Below are positions 9,348 through 19,038 of a stretch of 64,000 nt of DNA, piece by piece (within the stretch, counting starts at the first letter, position 1; every line of letters begins with the position of its first letter). The stretch lies in the NCBI GenBank assembly GCA_020847735.1, contig JADLBL010000024.1, positions 69,355 to 133,354 of the forward strand. Direction: 5' to 3'. The stretch is from Candidatus Eiseniibacteriota bacterium. GTDB taxonomy: Bacteria > Eisenbacteria > RBG-16-71-46. The notes below the pieces were generated by a model that made no database searches, was not told the origin of the DNA, and worked only from the letters and a program-made list of their open reading frames with translations. The position numbers were made by a program, and so were the translations under genes.

Positions 9348-10207
9348 GCGAAGCCGTCGCCCACCGGCCGCTGCGCGCGCCGCACGAGCCCCCGGTCTTC
9401 CTCCGCGAGGTGATCGAAGCGCTGCCCCTCGGGACGAGCGTGCTCGACGCCGGCTGCGGGCCGGGCTCGTGGCCCTACGCCGAGCGCCCCGACCTCGCGA
9501 TCACCGGCTTCGACATCAAGTTTCCGCCCGGCCCCCCCGACCGCGCGACCACCCGCCGCGTCTTCCGCGGCGACCTCGCGCGGTTGCCGTTGCGGGACGG
9601 GAGCTTCGATCTCACGGTCTGCCACTACGTGCTCGAGCACGTCACCGAGCTCGAGGCGTGCTGTGACGAGCTGGTCCGCGTGACCCGGCCGGGAGGGACG
9701 CTCTACCTGTCGGTGCCGCGGGCGGCGGCGTTCGACGACCGGCTCTACCGCTTCGCCGGGTATTTCGCGAAGTACGCGCTGCTCAAGTTCGGCAAGCGCA
9801 TCGAGCACCAGCAGCGCTTCGATCTGCGCGGCGTGCTCGGCCTCTTCCGCCGCCGCGGCATGGCGCTGACCGCGCACGCCTTCGTGCCGGCCGGCTTCTC
9901 GTGGATGAACGATCCGCGCACCAAGCCGCTGCAGGGCGCGTTCACCGAAACGCTCGCCGCGTTGCACCGCGGGACCGGTCTCGATCTGGCGAAGGACGCC
10001 AACTTCGTCCTGACGTTCGCGAAGGCCGGAACGACGCACGGCGCGACCGGCGCTCCGGGCGAAGCGCTGCCGGGAGCCCGGCGGGTCACGCACGTCTGCC
10101 GCGAGTGCGGGGAGCACGCGATCGTCGAGGCGGGCCGGCCATGGCCGCGGCGCTGGACCTGCCCGTGGTGCGGCAGGCCGAACCCGTTCGGGAGGCCGCG
10201 CCCGTGA
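9344..10207 (+). CDS. Class I SAM-dependent methyltransferase with C-terminal CxxC-N16-CxxC zinc ribbon
   Basis: SAM motif I VLDAGCGPGSW. C-terminus CRECGEHA...CPWCGRPNPF. ATGA overlap with the upstream gene. Confidence 0.8.
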   Translation: MSEAVAHRPLRAPHEPPVFLREVIEALPLGTSVLDAGCGPGSWPYAERPDLAITGFDIKFPPGPPDRATTRRVFRGDLARLPLRDGSFDLTVCHYVLEHVTELEACCDELVRVTRPGGTLYLSVPRAAAFDDRLYRFAGYFAKYALLKFGKRIEHQQRFDLRGVLGLFRRRGMALTAHAFVPAGFSWMNDPRTKPLQGAFTETLAALHRGTGLDLAKDANFVLTFAKAGTTHGATGAPGEALPGARRVTHVCRECGEHAIVEAGRPWPRRWTCPWCGRPNPFGRPRP

Positions 10208-11217
10208 AGGTCCTGCACGCGCCGTCCGAGATCGCCGGCCAGACGAGCATCCTCGCGCGCGCGCTGCGCGAGATCGGGGTCGAGGCCTGGTCGCTGGCGA
10301 CCAACCCGACGTTCGCCGCGCACCGCGTGGACGAGATGCGGCCCTACGACGCGCGCGGCGCGCTGCCGCGCTACGCCGGCTACCTCGGGCTCACCGCGAA
10401 GCACCTGCTCCGCTGGGACGTCTATCACTTCCACTTCGGGCGGACGCTCATCCCGCCCCACAACTTCGACCTGCCGCTCTACCGCGCCCTCGGCAAGCGG
10501 ATCGTCTTCCACTATCACGGCTGCGACATCCGCAACCGCGCGCACATGCTGGCCACGCACGTGCACTCGACGTGCGCGGAATGCTCGCCGCCGTTCTGCA
10601 TCCCCGCGCGGCAGAAGCGCATCCTGCGCGAGGCCGCGAAGTACGCGGACGCCGAACTGGTCTCGACGCCCGACCTGCTGGAGTCGGCGCCGCGGGCCCG
10701 GCAGGTGCACGTGGCCGTCTGGCTGCCGGACTACACGCCGCAGCCGTTCCGCGAGACGCCGCGCCTGCTGCTGCACGCGCCGACGAACCGCGGCATCAAG
10801 GGCACACGCTACGTGGAGCGCGCGTTCGAGGCGCTCCGCCCGAAGTTTCCGGGCGTCGAGTTCCGCGTGGTCGAGAAGCTCGACTGGGCGGCCCTGCGGG
10901 TGGCGATGGGCGAATGCGACGTGTTCGTGGACCAGTTGCAGATGGGCTGGTACGGCATGGTGAGCGCCGAGGCGATGGCCCTCGGGCGCCCGACGATGGC
11001 CTACATCCGTCCCGACTTCGAGGCGCGCCTCGGCGACGGCCCGATCGTGCGCACCGGCGTCGAGACGCTGGCCGCCGACCTCGAGGCGCTGCTCCGCGAC
11101 GCGCCGCGCCGGCGGGAACTGGGCGAGCGCTCGCGCGCCTACGTGGAACGCGAACACGATGCGCGCGTGATCGCCCGGCGACTGGTCGAGATCTACCGCG
11201 CCGCGGGGGCCCGTTGA
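10204..11217 (+). CDS. Glycosyltransferase (GT-B, GT4-like C-terminal domain)
   Basis: LLLHAPTNRGIKGT and VSAEAMALGRP resemble the GT1/GT4 donor-binding domain. GTGA overlap with the upstream gene. The N-terminal domain is atypical and Cys/His-rich. Confidence 0.6.
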   Translation: MKVLHAPSEIAGQTSILARALREIGVEAWSLATNPTFAAHRVDEMRPYDARGALPRYAGYLGLTAKHLLRWDVYHFHFGRTLIPPHNFDLPLYRALGKRIVFHYHGCDIRNRAHMLATHVHSTCAECSPPFCIPARQKRILREAAKYADAELVSTPDLLESAPRARQVHVAVWLPDYTPQPFRETPRLLLHAPTNRGIKGTRYVERAFEALRPKFPGVEFRVVEKLDWAALRVAMGECDVFVDQLQMGWYGMVSAEAMALGRPTMAYIRPDFEARLGDGPIVRTGVETLAADLEALLRDAPRRRELGERSRAYVEREHDARVIARRLVEIYRAAGAR

Positions 11218-12656
11218 GCGTCCGCGAGTCCCTCGCGCGCCTTTCGGGCGACTCGCTCGTCTACGGCTTCGGGCAGGTGAGCGGCAAGGCCGTGAACCTG
11301 CTGCTCGTGCCGGTGCTGACGCGCGTGCTGCTGCCGCAGCAGTACGGAGTCTCCGACCTCGTGATTTCGTACTCGGCGAGCGCGCTGCTGGTGCTGGTGT
11401 TCGGCATGGACGGCGCGCTGGCGCGCTTCTTCTACGAGCAGGACGGGCGCGCCTCGCGCGTGCGCATGGTTTCGTCGTCGTTCCTGTTCCGGATCGTCAG
11501 CGGCGGCGCGGTGGCGCTCGCCCTCGCGGCGTTCGCGACGCCGCTCGCCGAACGCGTGCTGGGCGGCGTCGTGTACGCGAAGTACCTGCGCATCGGCGCG
11601 GCCACGCTGCCGTTCACGCTGCTGGCGTTGTTCGCGAACGACGTGCTGCGCGTCACGTTCCAGCCGTGGAAATTCATCGCCCTCAACGTCACGCAGACGC
11701 TGCTCGTCGGCGGGCTGACGCTCTGGCTGGTGCTCGCGAAGGACCTCGGGGTCGCGGGCGTGCTCTACGGCAAGCTGTTCGGCGACGCGGCGGCCGCGCT
11801 CGCCGGCCTGGTGCTGTGCCGGCACAGCCTGCGGCCGGTGTTCGACCGGGCCCTGCTGCGCCGCATGCTGAGTTACGGCCTGCCGCTCGTGCCCGTGTCC
11901 CTCGCCTACGCGGTCATCGGCTTCGTGGACCGCGAGACGCTGCAGCGCACGGCTTCTCTCGACGCGGTCGGCGTCTACGCGGTGGCGATGAAGTTCTTCG
12001 CGGTGATCACCCTGGGCGTCTCGGCGTTCAATCTCGCGTTCGGGCCGTTCGCCTACGCGAAGGCGAACGAGGCGGACGCGCCGAAGCTGTACGCGCGGGT
12101 ACTCGCCCTGTACGTCGGGCTCGCCTCGCTCGGGGCGCTGGTCACGGGGTTGTTCGCGCCCCTGATCGTCTCGCTGCTGGCGACGAAGGACTACGCCTCG
12201 GCGGCGCGTCCGGCGATGTGGCTCGCGTTTGCCGCGGTCGCGCAGGGCGCCTACTCTGTCGCGGCGCTCGGCATCAACCTGTCGCTCCGCACGCCGCTGC
12301 TGGGCGGGGCCGCGGGCGCGGCGGCGCTCGTCGCCATCGGCGCGAATCAGGCCCTGGTGCCGCGCCTGGGCGCCGAGGGCGCGGCGATCGCCACGTTCCT
12401 CGCGCACGCGACGTCCACCGTGCTCGTCTACCTGATCGCCCAGCGCGTCCGGCCCATGCCGTACCGGGGCGCGCGGCTGGGAGTGTTGTTCGCCGCGGCG
12501 CTGCTCGCCGGGCTCGCCGCGGTGCGCTGGGCGCCGCCGGGGCCGGCCGGGGTCGCGCTCAAGGCGGGGGCGGTGCTCGCGTGGGCGGGACTCGCGGTGG
12601 TCTTCGAGGTGTGGAAGGATCGCGGCGCCGTGCGGCACGGCGGCGCGAACGGCTGA
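11214..12656 (+). CDS. Wzx-type oligosaccharide flippase (MOP superfamily)
   Basis: About 12-14 TM segments. N-terminus LARLSGDSLVYGFGQVSGKAVNLLLVPVLTRVL is typical of polysaccharide-biosynthesis flippases. The TTG start at 11214 (TTGA overlap) is tentative. Confidence 0.75.
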   Translation: MSVRESLARLSGDSLVYGFGQVSGKAVNLLLVPVLTRVLLPQQYGVSDLVISYSASALLVLVFGMDGALARFFYEQDGRASRVRMVSSSFLFRIVSGGAVALALAAFATPLAERVLGGVVYAKYLRIGAATLPFTLLALFANDVLRVTFQPWKFIALNVTQTLLVGGLTLWLVLAKDLGVAGVLYGKLFGDAAAALAGLVLCRHSLRPVFDRALLRRMLSYGLPLVPVSLAYAVIGFVDRETLQRTASLDAVGVYAVAMKFFAVITLGVSAFNLAFGPFAYAKANEADAPKLYARVLALYVGLASLGALVTGLFAPLIVSLLATKDYASAARPAMWLAFAAVAQGAYSVAALGINLSLRTPLLGGAAGAAALVAIGANQALVPRLGAEGAAIATFLAHATSTVLVYLIAQRVRPMPYRGARLGVLFAAALLAGLAAVRWAPPGPAGVALKAGAVLAWAGLAVVFEVWKDRGAVRHGGANG

Positions 12657-12672
12657 CCGGAGGGACGGAACC

Positions 12673-14739
12673 ATGTGCGGAATCGCGGGGCTGTACGAGC
12701 GGACCGGCCGTGCCGAAATCGGACGACTGCGCGCGATGGCGCGGCTCATGCGCCATCGCGGACCCGATGACGAAGGCCTCGTCCTGATCGATCCCGCGCG
12801 CGGCACCTGGCAGTCGCACGGCGGACCGGACACGCCGGCCGAAGCCTTCCGCTCCGGACTGCCGTTCGCGCCGGCCCGCTCGAGCGGCGAGGCGGCCGGG
12901 TCCGTCTTCGGCGTCGGGCTGGTTCACCGGCGGCTTTCGATCGTGGACCTGAAGCCGTCCGGCCATCAGCCGATGAGCGACGCGGGCGGGCGCTGCTGGA
13001 TCGTCTACAACGGCGAGATCTACAACCACGTCGAGCTGCGCTCCGAGCTGGAATCGCTGGGCGCCGCGTTCCTCGGCGCCTCGGACACCGAGGTGATCCT
13101 GGCCGCCTATCGCCAGTGGGGCGAGGACTGCCTGTCCCGCTTCAACGGCATGTTCGCGTTCGCGCTCTGGGACGCGGATCGGCGCGCGCTCTTCTGCGCG
13201 CGCGACCGGCTGGGCGTCAAGCCCTTCTACTTCCAGTACGACGGCAGCCGGTTCGCGTTCGCCTCCGAGCCCCGCGCGCTGGTGCTCACGCAGCCCGCGC
13301 GCATCGTGCCGCGCCTGGCGGCGGTGCGCGACCTGCTGGCGCTCGACTGGGTGGATCACGAGACGCACACCTTCTTCGAGGGCCTGCGGCAGCTTCCGGC
13401 GGGACACGCCCTCACGGTCGGCCCCGACGGACTGCACCTGCGGGCGTGGTGGGAGATCGACCCGGAGGCGCACGCGCACGGCCGTCCGGAGGACTGGACG
13501 CGCGAGCTCGCCGACTTGTTCACGGACTCGGTGCGCCTGCGGCTGCGTGCCGACGTCGAAGTCGGCTCGTGCCTGTCGGGCGGGCTCGATTCGAGCGCCG
13601 TCGTGACGACCGCCGGCCGGCTCGCCAGCCGCGGACTGCACGCGTTCTCGTGCGCCTACGACGAAGGCCCCTCCTTCGACGAGCGACCGTGGATCCGCGC
13701 GGCGGCCGAGGCGAGCGGCGCCCAGAGCCACCTGGTCGTACCGGACGGCTCGGACTTCTGGCCGGTGTTCGACGCGCTGGCGCTGAAGCAGGACGAGCCG
13801 ACCGCGGGCCCCGGCGTCTACTCGCAGTGGAAGGTGATGGAGCTGGCGCACGCCACCGGGCTCAAGGTGCTGCTCGACGGGCAGGGCGGCGACGAGCTGC
13901 TGGCGGGCTACTTCCGCTACCTGCCCGCGCGCCTGCGCGACCTGGCCGAAGCGGCGCGCTTCGGCGAGTTCGCGCGGCTGTGGGGCAGCGTGACCGACCG
14001 CCTCGGGTTCGCCACGACGCTGCTGCACACCTTCGAACCGTGGCTGCCGGCGCCGCTCGTCGCCTCGCTGCGGACCCGCTACGGGCAGGGCAAGGACCGC
14101 GTGCTGTCGCGCTCGCTCGCGAGCGTTCCGTCCGGCGCCCCGAGGGCCCCGCGCGCGGAACGCTCGTGGCTCTGGCGGCAGCTCGCGTTCGACACGCTCC
14201 GGCGCCAGCTGCCGGGACTGCTGCGCTACGAGGACCGCAACTCGATGGCGTTCTCGATCGAGACGCGGCTGCCGTTCCTCGACTGGCGGATCGTCGAGCT
14301 GGCGTTCGCGCTGCCCGACGGGCAGAAGCTCGAAGGCGCGACGACGAAGGCGATCCTGCGCCGCGCGCTCGGCGACCGCGTCCCGCCGTCGGTGCTCGCA
14401 CGGCGCGACAAGATGGGTTTCGAGACGCCCGCCGACGTGTGGCTGCGGGGCCGGTACGCGGGCGAGGTGCGACGCCGGCTGGCGCGGCCGGGGCCATTCC
14501 AGGAGTGGGTGGACGGCGCGGCTGTTCGCCGCGAGCTCGAGGGCTACTTCGACGGCCGGCGCGACATCGGGCTTCAGGTGTGGCGCTGGCTGAGTCTCGA
14601 AGCGTGGTCGCACCGCTTCGTCGCGAGCGATCCGCGGGTCTTCGGACGGGAGGACGACCCCTCGCCCAACGCCGGCCGCCACCTCGGCGTCGTCGAGGTC
14701 GAAGCGCGGGAAGCGGAAGCGATCGCGGCGGGGACGTAG
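12673..14739 (+). CDS. asnB: Asparagine synthase (glutamine-hydrolysing) family amidotransferase
   Basis: N-terminal nucleophile MCGIAG and PP-loop SCLSGGLDSS. 688 aa. Confidence 0.9.
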   Translation: MCGIAGLYERTGRAEIGRLRAMARLMRHRGPDDEGLVLIDPARGTWQSHGGPDTPAEAFRSGLPFAPARSSGEAAGSVFGVGLVHRRLSIVDLKPSGHQPMSDAGGRCWIVYNGEIYNHVELRSELESLGAAFLGASDTEVILAAYRQWGEDCLSRFNGMFAFALWDADRRALFCARDRLGVKPFYFQYDGSRFAFASEPRALVLTQPARIVPRLAAVRDLLALDWVDHETHTFFEGLRQLPAGHALTVGPDGLHLRAWWEIDPEAHAHGRPEDWTRELADLFTDSVRLRLRADVEVGSCLSGGLDSSAVVTTAGRLASRGLHAFSCAYDEGPSFDERPWIRAAAEASGAQSHLVVPDGSDFWPVFDALALKQDEPTAGPGVYSQWKVMELAHATGLKVLLDGQGGDELLAGYFRYLPARLRDLAEAARFGEFARLWGSVTDRLGFATTLLHTFEPWLPAPLVASLRTRYGQGKDRVLSRSLASVPSGAPRAPRAERSWLWRQLAFDTLRRQLPGLLRYEDRNSMAFSIETRLPFLDWRIVELAFALPDGQKLEGATTKAILRRALGDRVPPSVLARRDKMGFETPADVWLRGRYAGEVRRRLARPGPFQEWVDGAAVRRELEGYFDGRRDIGLQVWRWLSLEAWSHRFVASDPRVFGREDDPSPNAGRHLGVVEVEAREAEAIAAGT

Positions 14740-14753
14740 GGATCCCGCGCCGG

Positions 14754-15869
14754 GTGGACCTGCTCGTCCTGTCCGAGGTGCGCTGGGGCTACTTCCGGAC
14801 CCGGAAGCAGTTCCTGCTGTCGCGCTTTCCCGCGTCGTGGCGCGTGTTCTTCGCGCAGCCGCCGGCGGTCGGGGCGGACGACCCGTGGGAGCCGCGACGC
14901 GAGGGGGCGGTGACCTACTTCACGGTGCCGTTCCTCAAGCCCGGCACCCGGAGCGCGATGTACAACCTGCTCGCGGGCTCGAGCGCCGGCCGGGCGGCCA
15001 TCGAACTGGGCGCCGAGCTGTGGCTGGGCCACCAGCTGCGGCGGCTGGGAGTCGCCCCCGAGCCGGTCGTTCTGACCTCGAACATCTACTGCCCCGCGGC
15101 GCTTTCTCGCCTTCCGAAGAAGCTGGTACTGTACGATTTTAACGACAGTCCCTTTCAGTTCTCCGTGAGCCCTTCCTGGGCGCGGGGTTACTGGTCGCGC
15201 ACGGTCCGCCAGGCGCAGGCCGTGTTCGTCGTGTCCGAGTTCTACCGCCGGCAGCTCGCCGGGGAGACCGATCGGCCCTTGATCCTGCTCGGCAACGGAG
15301 TGGAGATGGCGCACTTCGAGCCGTCGCGCCCGGCCCCCCTGGATCTCGCGGCGCTGCCGCGACCGCGGATCGGCTACGTGGGGCTTCTTTCCCACTTCCT
15401 CGACTTCGAGGTGCTCGAGACGCTGCGCCGGAACCGGCGCGGGGGGACGGTGGTACTGATAGGGCCCGGCTCGCCCGCGACCGCGGGCGCGGTCGCGGAG
15501 TTCGGCCGGCGCGAGGGCGTCGCGGTGCTGGGGCCGCGGGCCTATGCGGAGGTGCCCGCCTGCATGCAGGCGCTCGACGTCGGCGTCATTCCGTTTCGCG
15601 CCGACGATCCGTTCGTGCAGGGGATCAACCCCAACAAGGTCTACCAGTACCTGGCGGCCGGCCTCCCGGTGATCACCACGCCCGTCCTCGACCTGAAGGA
15701 AAGCCCACCCGACCTCCTCTTCGCGACCACGAACGACGACTGGGCAGGCAGCCTGGACCGGGCGCTCTCGGCTCCCGGCGACCCCGGGCGGCGGCGCGCG
15801 CTGGCGCGCGGCCACGACTGGGACGCGCTGGCCGCCCGCATGGTGCACGAGATCGAGGCGCGGCTCTGA
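14754..15869 (+). CDS. GT1-family glycosyltransferase (TuaH-like)
   Basis: IGYVGLLSHFLDFEVL and NKVYQYLAAGLPVITTP motifs. The GTG 14754 start is tentative. Confidence 0.7.
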   Translation: MDLLVLSEVRWGYFRTRKQFLLSRFPASWRVFFAQPPAVGADDPWEPRREGAVTYFTVPFLKPGTRSAMYNLLAGSSAGRAAIELGAELWLGHQLRRLGVAPEPVVLTSNIYCPAALSRLPKKLVLYDFNDSPFQFSVSPSWARGYWSRTVRQAQAVFVVSEFYRRQLAGETDRPLILLGNGVEMAHFEPSRPAPLDLAALPRPRIGYVGLLSHFLDFEVLETLRRNRRGGTVVLIGPGSPATAGAVAEFGRREGVAVLGPRAYAEVPACMQALDVGVIPFRADDPFVQGINPNKVYQYLAAGLPVITTPVLDLKESPPDLLFATTNDDWAGSLDRALSAPGDPGRRRALARGHDWDALAARMVHEIEARL

Positions 15870-15901
15870 AGGCCGCGCGAAACCCTTCCGCAGGCGGAGC
15901 G

Positions 15902-18316
15902 ATGGCGAAAGAGAAAGCCGCACCGAAAACCGGGCCGAAGCCGGCGCGCCCCCTGACGCTCACGGCCGCGTGGGCCGCCGTCATTCTCGCGCTTCTGACG
16001 GTGCTGTTCTTCCACGAGGTCTCGGTGGGCGGCAAGACCTTCGTCGCGCCGGACGCCACCGCGCCCGCGGGTTTCGTGCGGATCGGCGAGCAGTCGCTGT
16101 GGAAGGACCACGTCTATCCGCTGTGGAATCCGTTCGTCTTCCTCGGCATGCCGTCCTTCGCGAGCGGCGCGTACAACCCGCTCATCTACCCGCCCGACTG
16201 GCCGCTGGCGCTGATCCAGAAGGTCGTGCCGCTGCCGGACATGACCTGGATGCTCCTTTACTACTTCCTCGGCGCGCTGTTCTTCTTCCTGCTCGCGCGC
16301 GAGTGGGGCGCGAGGCCGGAGGGCGCGCTGCTCGGGGCGGTCGCCTTCACGTTCGTGCCCAACCTGGTCGCGGTCGGCTCGCACGGTCACGGCAGCCAGC
16401 TGGTGGACTCGGCGTACCTGCCGCTCATGGTCTGGCTCGCCTCGCGCTGGCTGCGGCGCGGTTCGCTCGCGGACCTCGGCTGGCTGGCGCTGGCGGGCGG
16501 CTTCCAGTTCCTGCGCGGTCACCTGCAGATCTGCGTCTACACCTGGATGGCGGTCGGGCTGCTCGCCGCCGTGGAGGTGATCGCCTCGCTGCGCACGCCC
16601 TCGCAGCTGGCGCCGCGGCTGCTGCGCGCGCTGGGAATCGGCGCGGCCGCGGCGCTGGCGTTCGGGATCGCGGGCTTCTACAACCTGCCGCTCAAGGACT
16701 ACTCGCAGTACTCGATCCGCGGCACCGGCGACGCCGCCGGCGGCGTCGGCATTCCGTACGCGACCGCCTGGTCCATGGCGCCCTACGAGCTGGGCGCGAT
16801 GGTCGTGCCCAACTGGGTCGGTTTCGGCGGCATGACCTACTGGGGCGCGATGCCGTTCACGGACTACCCGAACGCCTACATCGGCGTCGTCGCCCTGCTT
16901 CTCGCCGTGCTCATGTTCGTGCGCTTCAGCGGCGCGGTGCGCGTGTGGGCCGTGCTGCTCGGCGCGTTCGCCCTGCTCGTCTCGTTCGGAAGCCACTTCC
17001 CGCTCTACGGCTTCCTCTACGATCACCTGCCGCAGTTCAACAAGTTCCGCGTCCCGGTCATGGTCATCCTGCTCTTCCACCTCGCGGTCGCGCTGGCGAT
17101 GGCGTGGGGGTGGACCAACGTCCTCGACACGGGTGAGGAGGCACGGCGCGGGGTCCTGCGCCGGCTGCTGCTCGCCCTCGGCGGACTGCTGGCCCTGGCG
17201 GGGCTGCTCGCGCTGTTCGGGCAGGAGGCCCTGCGCGGCGCGTACGTCGCGACCGCGCTCGCCCACAAGCAGTCGTTCACGCTGCAGCAGGCGAACGCCG
17301 CGTTCACGGCCTTCGCCGCGGACCTCGGTCGGGTCGCGTTCACGGGGCTCATCGTCACCGCGGTCGCGTGGTTCGCGGCCGGTCGCAGGCTGAACGCCGG
17401 ACTGGCGAGCGTGCTCGTGCTGGTCGTCCTGCTCTTCAACCTGTGGCCGGTCGGCCGCCAGCTCATGGAACCGGTGATCGGCGACCCGGTCGCGAAGAGC
17501 CTCGACTACGGCCGCGACGACGTCGTCGAGTTCCTCGAGAAGGCCGGGCCGTGGGGCTCGTTCCGCGTATTCGTGCCGGAGCAGTTCCAGGACAACCGTC
17601 TCGCCGGCTTCGGCATCGCCACCGTCGGCGGTGCGCACGCCGCCAAGCCGCGGCTGTTCCAGGACCTCATGGACGCGCAGGCGCTGGACAACCCGAACTG
17701 GTGGCGGCTGCTCAACGTCCGCTACATCGTGCTCTCGCAGCCGCTCGACCCCGCGCAGACTCCTCCCTGGCTGCACATCGTTCATCAGGGTTCACGCGTC
17801 ATCTACGAGAACAGCGCGGCGTTGCCGCGCGCGACGGTGGTGGGCGAGTACGGGGTGGTGCCCGACTCGAGCCACGCGGCGCTCGACGCCGTCGAGGCCG
17901 GCGGTCGCGACGTCGCGAAGTGGACGTGGCTGACGAAGAATCCCGGAGTCCAGCTCGGGCCGGTGGACGGAGCGACCGCGACGATCACGAAGTACGCGCT
18001 GCACGAGGTGGACGTGGACGTGAACACGCCGGGCGCGGGAATCCTGCGCCTCGCGGACCTGTGGTATCCGGACTGGACGGTGAAGGTGGACGGCAAGCCC
18101 GCCGAGATGCTGCGGGCCGACCACCTGCTTCGCGCGGTGGTGGTTCCGGCCGGTCATCACCAGGTCGTGTTCCGCTTCGCCTCGCCGAGCGTGCGGCGCG
18201 GCCTCGTCGTGTCCCTCGTCAGCCTGGCGGTCGCACTGGCGCTGCTCGCCGCCGGCGTGCTGCTCGGGCGGCGGCGGACGAATCCGGCCGTGGCGGCGGG
18301 AGCGGGAGGGTCCTGA
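15902..18316 (+). CDS. YfhO-like polytopic membrane protein (putative extracytoplasmic glycosyltransferase)
   Basis: 804 aa with a multi-TM N-terminal two thirds (FLGMPSFASGAYNPLIYPPDW), a soluble C-terminal domain and a final TM segment. This layout is typical of the YfhO family. Confidence 0.75.
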   Translation: MAKEKAAPKTGPKPARPLTLTAAWAAVILALLTVLFFHEVSVGGKTFVAPDATAPAGFVRIGEQSLWKDHVYPLWNPFVFLGMPSFASGAYNPLIYPPDWPLALIQKVVPLPDMTWMLLYYFLGALFFFLLAREWGARPEGALLGAVAFTFVPNLVAVGSHGHGSQLVDSAYLPLMVWLASRWLRRGSLADLGWLALAGGFQFLRGHLQICVYTWMAVGLLAAVEVIASLRTPSQLAPRLLRALGIGAAAALAFGIAGFYNLPLKDYSQYSIRGTGDAAGGVGIPYATAWSMAPYELGAMVVPNWVGFGGMTYWGAMPFTDYPNAYIGVVALLLAVLMFVRFSGAVRVWAVLLGAFALLVSFGSHFPLYGFLYDHLPQFNKFRVPVMVILLFHLAVALAMAWGWTNVLDTGEEARRGVLRRLLLALGGLLALAGLLALFGQEALRGAYVATALAHKQSFTLQQANAAFTAFAADLGRVAFTGLIVTAVAWFAAGRRLNAGLASVLVLVVLLFNLWPVGRQLMEPVIGDPVAKSLDYGRDDVVEFLEKAGPWGSFRVFVPEQFQDNRLAGFGIATVGGAHAAKPRLFQDLMDAQALDNPNWWRLLNVRYIVLSQPLDPAQTPPWLHIVHQGSRVIYENSAALPRATVVGEYGVVPDSSHAALDAVEAGGRDVAKWTWLTKNPGVQLGPVDGATATITKYALHEVDVDVNTPGAGILRLADLWYPDWTVKVDGKPAEMLRADHLLRAVVVPAGHHQVVFRFASPSVRRGLVVSLVSLAVALALLAAGVLLGRRRTNPAVAAGAGGS

Positions 18317-19032
18317 TGGACAAGCTCGTCATCCTCCCGACCTACAACGAACGCGAGAACATCGCGCCGATGCTCGACAAGCTGCTCGAGCTGCCCTTCG
18401 GGCTGGACGTGCTGGTCGTGGACGACAACTCCCCCGACGGGACCGCGACGCTCGTCGAGGAACACCAGCGCCGTTCCGAGCGCGTCCACCTGCTCAAGCG
18501 GCCCGGCAAGCTGGGCCTGGGCTCGGCCTACCGGGACGGCTTCCGCTACGCGCTCGAGCACGGCGCCGAGTACATCTTCGAGATGGACGCGGACTTCTCG
18601 CACGACCCGGCGGCCATCGGCGAGTTCCTCGCGGCGGCACGGGACGCCGACATCGTCCTCGGCAGCCGCTACCTGAACGGCGTGACGGTCGTGAACTGGC
18701 CGCTGAGCCGGCTCATCCTGTCGTACTCGGCGAACGTCTACACGCGCATCGTCACCGGCCTGCCGCTCGCGGATTCGACCGGGGGCTTCAAGTGCTTCCG
18801 GCGCCGGGCACTCGAGGGCATCCGGCTCGATCACGTGAAGTCCGAGGGCTATTCGTTCCAGATCGAGATGTCGTTCCGTTGCTGGAAGCGCGGATTCCGG
18901 ATCAAGGAGATCCCCATCCTGTTCGTGGACCGCCGCGCGGGAGTCTCGAAGATGAGCCGCAGGATCATCTGGGAGGCCGCCGGCATGGTCTGGCGCCTGC
19001 GTTTCCTCGACCTGTTCGGCCGATTGGAGTAG
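18316..19032 (+). CDS. Polyprenol-phosphate mannose synthase-type GT2 (Ppm1/DPM1 catalytic domain)
   Basis: VILPTYNERENI, VVDDNSPDGT, EMDADFSHDP and GGFKCFRR motifs. The ATG overlaps the upstream stop by 1 nt. Confidence 0.9.
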   Translation: MDKLVILPTYNERENIAPMLDKLLELPFGLDVLVVDDNSPDGTATLVEEHQRRSERVHLLKRPGKLGLGSAYRDGFRYALEHGAEYIFEMDADFSHDPAAIGEFLAAARDADIVLGSRYLNGVTVVNWPLSRLILSYSANVYTRIVTGLPLADSTGGFKCFRRRALEGIRLDHVKSEGYSFQIEMSFRCWKRGFRIKEIPILFVDRRAGVSKMSRRIIWEAAGMVWRLRFLDLFGRLE

Positions 19033-19038
19033 CGCACC